NCBI GenBank assembly: GCA_905178155.1
Contig: CAJINV010000002.1
Location: 9,802,650-9,866,649 of the forward strand
DNA from: Amoebophrya sp. A120
Lineage: Eukaryota; Protista; Dinoflagellata
Reading direction: 5' to 3'
DNA length: 64,000 nucleotides
The translations under genes were made by a program, and so were the position numbers. Shown here in pieces: positions 48,605 through 59,700 of the stretch (the first letter of the stretch is position 1; each line of letters starts with the position of its first letter). Below the pieces are notes generated by a model, which saw only the letters and a list, made by a program, of their open reading frames with translations, had not been told where the DNA came from and made no database searches.

Positions 48605-51600
48605 ATGAAAAAATCCATCACAATGAGCAAAACCCTGACGACAAGCTCAAGCACCTCCCCAGAGATCCCCCTCCGGATCGCTCCTGGCCGCCGCATGTCC
48701 GTTCCATCGTTCCAGCTGGTGGCACAGCTGGCCTGCGTACTAGCAGGAGCCAGCTCAATATGGATTGTTCCGGTGCAGGCACGGAGACGCGACATTCTCG
48801 GTTCCAGCGGCTCGCCTGCGTCGGCGACTCTCACGGCTGCAGGCGGACAGGTAGGAGGCAAAAATCCAGTCGAGGCAGTACCAGAAAATGTTCCGACGTC
48901 AACATCAGATGCAAAAAAGGAACCTCTCGCATCAACTTCTGCATCCGATTCCGGCGGGCTAGTAACGGGTAGCGTGGAAGTGAAGGTGGTCGCGGAAAAC
49001 GAAGACACGAAGAAGATCGAGGGCCTGCTCAAGCCGCGCTTGGGAATGTGCGCCTCCCTGCTGCCGCCCGAGCTCCCGGCACTAGCGCTCTACACGACCA
49101 GCGCGAGCGCAACATCCGGGAATAGTAAAACCAAGAAAGTGCTGGAGAAACACAAAAGCGATAAACTCGCGTTTCCCGACACCTCGGACTTCTTGACCGA
49201 AATCAAACTGCTGCCCTTTTTCAACGACGAGTACGTTAAAGCGAACATGGACAGCACCAGTAGCGGGTCTACTGCTGACGCACGATCTTTCGGTCGTTTT
49301 TCCCCAGGAGCCCCGCAGCCACTTCCGCCCGGAGGTGAAAACGCCGCAGCAACTTCTACCCCTTTGCGGCAGTCGCTGGCGCGCAACATCGACTTCAAGG
49401 AGGTGCACACGATTACGCACGCGGCCCAGACGCTGACGGGGCAGGTGAGCGCGTCGGTCGGCATCTATCCTGAGTAAAAGCGTACCCACACCAGAGTCAG
49501 GATGAGGATTTTGCAACACAAACCCAGGAGTTTTGTGAGTCACGCATGACAAGTTGCACTATGCAGTGTAGTGCAGGTTAGCAAGTGCAGCCGCATTACA
49601 GATTCATCTGCTCATCCTGTTCACAGCATAACAAATTCCAAGACACGACTGGAAATGGCTCTCATGGGGAAGCGCATTACAAGTCTTCCTGTCTTTGCAA
49701 ATCTGCATTACAACTCTGGTGTGGGTACGTTTTTACTCAGGATAGCATCTCGTGGCTGTTCAAGGTGACGGCCAAGGTCAGTTTCGAGCGCAAAACGCAA
49801 ATATCAACTGTGAAAATGTCTGGGTCTGGAAGAATTCGAATTTGTGATGCGAAGTCTACATCATGAGAAAATCTGTCATGCATGGCTAGCAAAAGGCCCC
49901 ACTTCTTGTTTCCGAGAGCCGGGATGTGTCATGCGGATTAGGCATTGGGATATCTGCTTAAAATCTGTGATGCTAGAGCTTGCATTCCAGACGATTTGGG
50001 TCATGCAAAATCTGCATGACAGGTCTCGCATTCTTCCAGACCCAGACATTTTTGCAGTTGATAGCAAACCGACACCGACAAAACGGTGGCGGCGGTCACC
50101 TGGGAAAACGTGAACAGCGCGGACTTCTTCGCCGCCAACAACAACTGGGGAAGGCGGGACACGGTCCTCGCCGACGACAAAAATGGAGCTGTCTCGGTCA
50201 CCTTCGACGGCATTCCTGTTGGTGGTGGAAAAAATGTTCAGGATAAAGTAACAAAACCTCTCCTGTCCGACCTGACCCGGGCGGAGATCAAGCGGTGCAC
50301 ACACTACATCTCGCAGGTAACCTACGGAAGTTCCTTCAAGGGCGCGGTATGTGCGGAAATCAAGAATTCCAGCAGTTCCGAGTCGGAGAAGGCGTCGATC
50401 ACGCAAAAGGTGCTGGGTATCGGCGGGCAGCACACCCTGAAGGACGAGACGAAAACGAAGAGCACTCACGTGTCCAACTACAGCGCCAACTTCGTGGTGC
50501 AGGGGAAGGTGCTGCCCTACACGTTCGTGGACCCGGCCACCGGCCAGGAGGTGACGAAGACGCCCGAGCCGGTGAAGGAGGGCGAGGACCTGACCAGCGT
50601 CACGGTGACCAGCAAAACGGAAAACACCCGGAAGGACGACGAGTTCCACGGGCACGAGGAGAGCCGAAGTTCCTCGTCGCAGGCGACGACCGGGAAAACG
50701 ACCGCGGCCGTGCCGGAAATCGCGCGGGGCGCGCACCTGTACCAATTCCACTCGGCGGCAGAGACTAACGCGTTTCTGGACGCCTTCCAGGACGGCGCGG
50801 AGTTGAACGGCAGCGAGACCGGAGACGTGATCGGCTACACGCTCACCCCGCTGCGGCTCGCACGGGCCCCCGCGGACGCGGAGGAGGAGAGCGACGACGA
50901 TTTTGTGGAGGTGTCCGCACTCACCACGGGGCTGGAGTGGGTGCGGCAGCTCACGGTCTCCGAGTATCTCTCGATAGTAACCTTGAAGAAGTGGCTGCTG
51001 CAAATCCAAAAGTGGAACCGCGACCAGCCCACGGCCTACTTTCCTTCGGCCGCGTCGGGCGCGGTGTACTACCACGAAGACGGAAAGACGCCACTGACCG
51101 TGGCCGAGGTGCAGCAGAAGGTGGACGCGGTGCTGGAGAAGATGCTGCAGGCCTGCGTGGACCGCGTGAAGGAGCTGCTGCTCCACGTCTACACCTCCGA
51201 CCCAACGCAGGTCGCGAATAGCCAGAAGTACTACGCCGAACATCTCGCGAAGACAAAACGGTTCTTCCAGGCAAGCAATTCTGCGTGGGCAGGAATTGTT
51301 GTACAAATTCAAGATAAAGAAAACAAGGCCCCCGGGGGTAAGAACAAAGTAGTGGACGAAAAGATTGGGCAGCAGCTGCTTGAGCTCCTGGGCAACGCGG
51401 ACAGCTTGGTCTCCGAGCCGGAGCTGGCGCTGGCCATTTTGGACGTGCGGCGCCGAACTTTGGACCACCTGAAGTCGCTGCGGGACGCGATGCTGCCCCA
51501 CAGCCAGATTAACGACTTGGTGGGGCACCTGCCCCGCGTGGACCAGAAAAACGTCTCGCACGACGTGCTCACCGGCGAGCAGTTTCATGGCGTGACCTAC

Positions 51601-52200
51601 CACGACACGCGCGCGGCCGGACAGGCGTTAGTGGACTACCTGGAGGCGGTGCTGAACGATGTGGAGGAACGATTCGACGCGGAGAAGGCGAGCCGCGCCT
51701 CCATGGAGCGGCGGCTGCTGGCGTTGTCGCGCAGCGTGCTGGTCGTCCCCCGAGAGGACTCGCTCACCTTCTACCAAAATCCGAAAACCAACAAAAAAAC
51801 GATCGTGTGGGACGACGACATCGAGGCGTACCTGGCCGACAGCAACCAAATTAACAAAACCGAGTACGAAAAGGTGTGCAAACGGGAAGAGAAAACCTTC
51901 AGCGAAGCGGAGTGCGAGAAGTTGACCGCGCCGCAGAGACAAAAGTTCACCAACAGCAACCACAAATTCAACCAGGTGTGCCTGCAGATCGCGTACTACA
52001 AGGGCTGCGAGTCCGTCTTCCAAACCTGGGCGGAGCAGAACCAGGAGCTCAGCCACGGCAACTGGGAGAGCGCTTTATTCCCTGTCACCGTGCAGCAAGC
52101 CGTGACCCGGGTCTTGGCACTGGTGCGGGGGCAAGTGCTCCCGCAGTCAAGTGCAAAAGCCCTGGACGAAGCAGAAAGGGGAAACAAGGACGAACTGTGA
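48605..52200 (+). CDS. Secreted stonustoxin-like MACPF/CDC-domain protein, paralog 4 (3 exons)
   Basis: Signal-like MSVPSFQLVAQLACVLAGASSIWIVPVQA (ATG 48695); KPRLGMC..FFAANNW..CTHYISQVTYGSSFKG..DVIGYTLTPL. Frame restored across elements 49466 and 49802. Confidence 0.7.
49466..49744. mobile_element. Introner, family B
   Basis: DR GCATC/GCATC; near-identical to the 20997 copy. Confidence 0.95.
49802..50063. mobile_element. Introner, family A
   Basis: DR GCAAA/GCAAA. Confidence 0.95.
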
Positions 52201-53735
52201 GGACGTTGTTGTTTTGTCGTCCCTATGGGGCGGGGGACGCGTTGTCCTCCTTAATGAGTTTATTTTTTCAGTTCACTAACATTAGTAGCATTTGTTCCAT
52301 TATTTTGGTCGTCATTCATATATTTCTGTTTATTTTGGTTCTTTCATTCTCATAAAAGTAGTACCTCTGTCATCAATTTCTCCTCAACATGTTTTGCGAA
52401 GGAAAGTCTCCCCAATACCCCCAGTAGCGAAGTTTTCGTAGCTCTGCCCGCCTGTTGAAATTACAAACCCAGTAGTGTGCAATCCTGAGCAAAAATCAGC
52501 GTCTAACTCCGCTAACAGGATTGAATCCGCCACATAGTGTACGATTTTTCATTCAACGTAGGAACAAAAAAAAGTCAGACTAAGACGAGACGGAACACAT
52601 GATGTGCAGGAGAGGCTGCACGTGACAAGGACTGGTGAGGTGCTCGTCCCGATGGCGCAATGTCCTCGGAATGAGCGCAATTTGAAAGACCAAGACACTT
52701 GATCGGGCAGAGAGAGCCATCAAGGTGGATTCGTTTTTTCTTCAGCAAAACAAGCATTGGCTCCTTGTAAAATCAAAAGCGCTGGAAGTGCAGAACTAAG
52801 TAACTTTCGCAGAGGCGCCACTTGCCTTACCAAAAAAGAAAGATCCATGTTGCAATTACTTCCTCCTGTGTTCGTCGGCGTCCCATTGCCAGGGGCGAAC
52901 AGTTGACCGACGTGAACCGTAAAGCGCGCAGTGATCTGCCATGCCCATGCGGATGATCTGTGATTTTCAAGATGGAAATACATTTCTCATGCTTTGAATT
53001 GCAAGTCAGCGGGTCTGTGGCGATGGCACGCTACACTGCAAAGTCGCAAGTTCTTGCACAGAACCGCTGCGTACGCACAGAGGATTGATCCCCCGAACGG
53101 ATCGGCTTTCCCACACTGCAATGGCAGCGAAAGTAGATCTCGTAGTATCTATACAGTAATCAAATAAAGCATACAGTACTTGCGGCCGCTGCGGAGTACT
53201 CCGTACTAGGATCTAGAAAAACCTTGATAGATGATCATTTTTGTCGTGTTTCAGAAAAAGCGTCGCCGTCTTCCGAATTCGTCGCCTGTGGTTCGTTACA
53301 AGGTCTCGTTCTATCGCTTTGATGCCCTGTTGTCGCGATCACGATGGCGTGGTAAATAACTCAGAAGTAGCCTCCTGGTATGCACTATTCGCATCTTTTA
53401 TTTTTCAGGCCGCACACATTCCTTCGAGCGTTAGCGTCTTGGTTGATATGTTACTGTAGTTTTCCTCATGCTTTGCCGGTTCTAAACTTCATTTTATCAT
53501 TTACATTTCCACCAACATAATACATTTTGAGTACATGAGAAATTTCATTGAAATTTCTGCTCCCAATCGATTTTTAGTATACATTCCATAGTCATCATCA
53601 CAGTTTTATTCTGTTCTCTTAGCCGAAAACACTTGGAGTATGTTACAATTTTGAATCACCATATATTTTTTTTCTACACGTATGTGTAGTTTGTACCGTT
53701 TGGAGAAATTTTGAATTTGAAAAGACGTCAGAATC

Positions 53736-56700
53736 ATGAGGGCCCGATTTAACCAGCTGATTGAGAATCTTCTGAAGAAGGTGCTCGACCCCTTCGTGGA
53801 GAATTTGAATTTCCAGATTCTCAACTTTACCAGTACCGAACAGTCAAACGCTGCCATTGAGCTTGAGAATTTGAAGCTGAAGCCGACCCTGTTTTCTGAC
53901 CTGCGCCCCTTGCTTCTGGGCGGGCTTCAGGTGGATAACGAGGAAAGCGGGATCGGGAAGTTGAGAATTGAAATACCCTCCTGGAAGAGCTTTTTCTTTT
54001 TTCGGAGCTTCTTCTCATCCACTCCTACAGCCTCTTCGACAAGTAGGTCCGACAGCGGTTCGGAAGTTCACCAAGAAGCGGCTGCGAAGAACAGCAACCG
54101 CGACAGTTGCAAGCTGATTGTCCGGGTCCAGGACTTGACGCTTAGTGTGAAGCTGAGCTCCTTCGATTCCAAGGAAGACACGCAAGATGCGCTAAAGAAA
54201 AGTTTTGAGCTGGTGGAAAAAGGGAAGAAGCAGCACCAGGCTTCTGGGTCTGCGTGCTCTAGTGCAGATAAAAATGCTGGAGGTGCTGTTGGAACAAGTT
54301 CTGAAGGTACTGTAGAAGGCTCTGTGAGGACTGCCGCGACGACTACCGCAGAACAACCTCAAAACGACGGGCTGGTCACGAGTCTGCTCAAGTCGCTGCA
54401 AGACGCCCGTGAAGCGGAGGTGGTGCGGCTACAAGACAAGCTCGCGGTTCTTGTGAAAGAAAAACTGGCGACAGCCTTATTTTCAGCCGATGTTGAAGAA
54501 AACGAGAAGACCAAGGGGAACAAGGCGACGTCTGCTGATGACAAAAGCAATCAGGTGGTGCAAGAAAAACAGAAACCGCAATCGGTATCCTGGGTCAAGA
54601 GCCTGGTCGAAAACCTGGTGCGAAATATCGACGTGGAATTCGAGAATGTCCTTGTCAAAGTGTCGGCGGAGAAGACCCGGGAAAATGTTGCCGAGGATCG
54701 CCATGTTGGTGATTATCTCTTTTCGCACAGCAGGCTGGCTAGTAAAAACTCAGGAGACCGCGACAGAAGAACAAGAGCAGAAGACGATCGGCGCAAAATG
54801 GCCGGCGCTGGTAGAACAGACAGGAACAGCAGTACAATCCGTAAACCTGGAGCACCAGCAGCTGAAACAAGGTCGCTGCCAGCAACTTACAGATCCCCCC
54901 AGACAGTGGAGATTGGCGTGTGTATTCACAAGCTGAAGATGGTCGAGCCGCCAATCGACGCAGCTCCATTTTCCCTGTCGAAAGATGCTGAGGCTAACGG
55001 CACAGAAGAAGAGAAAAAAAGAACAGAAGCAAAAGTGCCTCTTTCTGAATCGATTGAATGTCACTCGGTTTTTCAGAAACTGTTCGCCACGGAAGGCTTC
55101 GGTCTGTGGCTGAACACGCCGGAGGACCAGGGTGCTGCGTTGCTAAAAGGAGAAGCAGCGGGACAAGGTCGTGGTGCGTCACGGATGGAAATGGTGGATT
55201 ACAATTACAAAAAGCGGAAGAAGACCTGGATTTTGCAGCCGGTACTCTCAAACAGAGTCTCCGTTTTAGTCGGCGTCGGCGGCGAGAAGGGCGGATTGAA
55301 GATTGACGTCAACCTTGGAGATGAAACAGCAGGAGCTGCGTGTTCCACCCACTGTGTCGCCGCTGGGGGAACTTCCAACGCAAAACAGCCACCGTTCGTC
55401 AACGGGGTACGATCCGATGTTGGCAGCGGCATGAGCAATTATACGAATTCAAAAGCGGCGAGGACCAGAAATAGGCCAGGAAACGTTGAGCCGAGTGCAC
55501 TCTCTTTCGATAGCAGCAGCAGCAGCCATTTGGGTCACACCGCCGCGACGACACCTTACGTCGAGATTTGGAGCTTAAAGCTGACACACAAGCAGTGGCT
55601 CGGGTTTTCGTACCTGCTGTTCAAATACTCAGATATGCATTGCAAAAATGTCTGGGTCTGGAAGAATGCAGGACTTGTCAACATGCTTGTCTGGCATGAC
55701 TCCTGGATCTGTGATGCGTAAGCAGGAACGGGGCCTTCTGCCTGTCATGCAAAAACGCAGTTTGCCATGCGGAAAAGGAAGCACATGGCATGTTCAAAAA
55801 CTTGTCGTGCTCGGCTGCATATTGTAGTGCGCCCACCATTCACAGATTTGCATCACAAGTTTCCAGACCCAGACATTTTTGCATTTGATATCAGACCGCA
55901 GCACGCAACTCCACAAGCTCTGGGTCCCCGACGCGCTCATGGACTCCCTACCGGAAGACCGATATCGAAAGGAAAAATCCCCCCTCCCCATATCAAAACG
56001 GAATTTCTGATGCTGGATTTGTGTACACAAATCAGCTTTGTATTGCAGGAAGGCACTGCGGCCAGATCCCCAGGCTGGGTAGGGGCGTATGGGTCTAGTT
56101 GTTCAACATGGCAAACGGCTCCCCTTTAAGCCAACCAGCATGACAAATCGCTTCCCTAATGGGGCGGAAGCTTCTGCCCTTGTCGTCTTGCAAGACACCT
56201 GTGATTTGTGACCCCAAATCAGCAACACAAATTTTCGGAAACACCGGGTTTCAATATGGGGAGGGGGGATTTTTCCTTTTGATAACCGAAGTCTGTGTTT
56301 TGCCGAGTATGCCACCTTGTATCAGCAGCTGTACTTGGAGCAAAGCGCAAATATTGTAGTTCCTGGAAAAATTCTTACGAAGGATCCAGCTGTGCTGAAA
56401 AATGACAAAGCGAATGAGCAAGGGAAAACAAAAGCGGGCACGACTGGCGACGCCCCGGCGATGGAAGGAGGAAATGACTGCCAAATACGTCAGCGGCGGC
56501 GAAAAGAGCGGTTTGACCAGTTAGTGGCGACATTAAGTCCCATAATGCAGGCCCAGTGGCGCGTCTTGGTCGCGCGGCGCTTCGAGCGTCAAAAGGCTGC
56601 GGAGGATGAAACGAAAACAGGTAGGCAAACGCCGGAGAAGAAGGAAGCAAAGGGCTGGTTCTCGGGCTGGTTCAAGCACTTCGGTTCGACGTCATCGGCC

Positions 56701-59700
56701 TCAGGACCGACACCGATCTCAGAAGGAAACTCAAAGCCTGAAGAGGTCACGCAAGGACCGCGAGAAAGCGCAGGTGGTACTAGTCAGAGACCCTCGATTT
56801 CGGCGTCGATATCTGCAGAGCAACCGGGTTCAAGAACGGTCGCAAAAAACGGGGTTTTGCAGCAGTCGCAAGTAGGACATGATGCAACCGCGAGTGAAGA
56901 CAAGCGACCAGGTGATGATATCGGACTAGAACAAGGCCTTGATGACGAAGCGGACGCGATGCTTGTCGTGCACAGTGGAAAAGATATTGAAAACAACTTG
57001 GAACGTAATTTCCAGCAGCTTCTCGCAGAATCCACCAGCGAAAACCTGCCCTCGTTCTTTTTTCTGTATGTGCGCGTGAGGCAACGCATCCATGTGGAGC
57101 TGTGGCACGCGGATCGCAACGACAAGTTCCCTCTGTTAAATCTGTACGGCGAGAGCGGGTTTCTATATTCCATGGAGTCTACCGGGTCGCTGAAAGATCA
57201 TTTGGGAAAGGACTCCGGCGTCTACACCATGAAAGTGGAGGTCCCGCAGTGCTTCGCGATGCTCTACGAGTTGCCTCTCTTGGAAATGAATAGAGACGAC
57301 TCAAATTCTGGCTCGTCTGCACGTCGACATGGTGCAAGCCCTGGTGCGTCTGTCCATGCGAAGACAAACGCAGCTGCACCCGATGTTGGTGACAAAAGCA
57401 AACAGAAGAACTTTCACCCGAACCACTCACCGTCCTCTACTTCAGATGAGATGGACCACGAAAAAATCGATCCAGACCAACTGAAACTTCGTTGTTCTAC
57501 CCCACTGAAACCGCTGATTTCGCTGGAGATGCGCCAAGCGCAGGAGCAGGACCGTAAAGTTTTGCACATCAGCGGGGAAACGCGGCCCTGCAGCTTCCAC
57601 TTTCGCCCGGGCATGCTGGACGGCATTCTGAAGTTTTTTGACACTTCTGTGCTCTTCGAGTCCGACTTCACGAACGCCGAGTTCGAGCGGTTCCTGGTCG
57701 ACATGCGCGGCAGCTACCTGCCGCAGGGGCTGCAAGAGTTGTACGAGCAGGTCACCGGGGGATTCGCCGCCGCGATGGGCAGTGGAGGTGCAGGAAGTAG
57801 AACAGCAGAAAATTCTTCTACAGGGACAGCTGCTGCAATAAACAGTACCGCTTCTAGGAACTACCAAACGACCACCAATGCAGGCCGTTCACACTTTGCG
57901 ACATCATCGTCGATTCAGGCGGCACAGAACGAGGGGGTTCTCGCTGGTGGTGGAGCCTTAGCAACATCAAGACGTCGAGATGAGAGCGACAACGCCGATT
58001 CGAGTTTTAGAAACCTGCGGAACGAAGACCTGCAGCACCTGCCGGTCCTCCACCGGTCCAACAGCAGCCGCTCCAGCTGGACGTCTTCTGGAGGTAACAC
58101 GTCGACGTCCCGCTCTGCGTCACCGCACAAAAGTCGCAGGAAACGGCTCATGGAGCTGCGAAAGCGGTTGAACCCGAACATCCAGCACGATCTGCTCAAG
58201 AAACTGAACAAGCACCAGCAAAATGCTGGCAGTTCTGCAGCGGAGGATCGTGGTGTGCTAAAAACGGGTGGGACATCGACGAGGAGTATGTCTATATCCG
58301 ACGGCGAAGAATCTTTCCACAGCGTCGAAGACGAGGAGATGGACGACGGCGCGAAGACCGACCGCCTCGACGAGGGGGTGGAAATCATAACACACGGTAG
58401 TAAGGACGAAGCGGCGGATCCCGGGGAGAGAGAGGGCCACTCGCTGGAACGAGGAAAGCTAGCAGCGGACGAGTTTGATACTAGCGAGAACTGCAGCAGG
58501 ATGCTGAACACGACTGCGTCAGACCGTCCTCTACTACGGGACGAAAGCGATGGTGGCGACTTTCTCGACGACGACCATTTATTTATCCTCGATGACGCAC
58601 TGGGCAAAAAGTTGGAATCCGACGAGAGCTACTTTGTCAATTTCTACACACAGAACCTCGACTACGTGCTGCGAAAGTACCGGCCGGACGCCTACGCCAT
58701 CGATTTCAGCTTCCACCAGTCCACCGTGCACATGCTGAGCACGAACGGGATTGCGAGTCTCGGGTTCCGGACCATGAAGGTGTTTACAGACGAGAGTGCT
58801 GGGCACATGACCATGAATTGCATCCGGATTTACGTTGCCGCGGACGACTTCACCCTGCACATTCTGCCCAGCTTTTCTGTTGCTCTTCTTGGGACAAGAA
58901 CTTCTGCGTCGGGCCAGGGCGCGACGAGCACCGGGACCAGAGCAGGACCCCGCGCCGGCGTTCCTGGTGAGTATGGGACGTTGAACCGAAAGTGGAAGCT
59001 ACAGTGTTGCTCGCAGTTCTTCGCCGAAAATGGTACTAGTACAGAGGGGACAAGCAGCACAACGTTCGCGGTGAAAATGAATTCTGTAAGCAACACGGCC
59101 GCAAGCAGTGCAACACCATCCTCGCAGGTACGATATCTCGGGGACTATGACGCGGAGAAAAGCTTGCAGTTTGCAAGCCTGCAGCAGCATTTTGTGTCCC
59201 ATCTCCGGAAGCGGAATGAAGCGGCGTTCTCTCCGTACTTCAGTGGGCCCGAATTTTTGGGAACGGACGCTTCTGCTTCCCATGCAACTCACGGCGATCA
59301 TGGTGAGGCTGAGGTCACTGGGAGGACGCCGGCATTTTTATCGGAGGTAGACACCGTAGCTGCAACGTCGCAGCAGGGGAGTGCCAGTTCATCTTGTATG
59401 GACGAGACTAGTCTACTGTCTCCCGACGTGAAGAACAAAGCACAACGAGGAGACACGTCACCTTTCGGCAAAGCAGGCCCGCTCCTGCGAAATGACCACA
59501 GTTGCGAAAGATTTTTCCACCAAGTGGTCACAGATTTCTGGGCTCTCCTCACTCCGCTGCACGAACAGGACTCAGCGAGTCCCAAGAAGAAACAAGGCAG
59601 TAGATCTCCCTCCGCAATAAAAAGTACAACTTCTGCTGCGATGAGAATGAAGAGCGCGAATGATGGCATCGAGGAACCAGCAGTCCGACCACAACCAGGC

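Noticed and set aside
4188-55890. Recurring peptides CKNVWVWK, FFQTQTFL, KMSGSGR and ILSKNVPTPE in many ORFs
   Set aside because: Translations of the introner TIRs, not a protein motif.
2006-56284. Repeats read as a CRISPR array or as an autonomous transposon
   Set aside because: The repeats are inverted, dispersed and carry TSDs, with no spacers or cas genes. No transposase ORF is present in the window.
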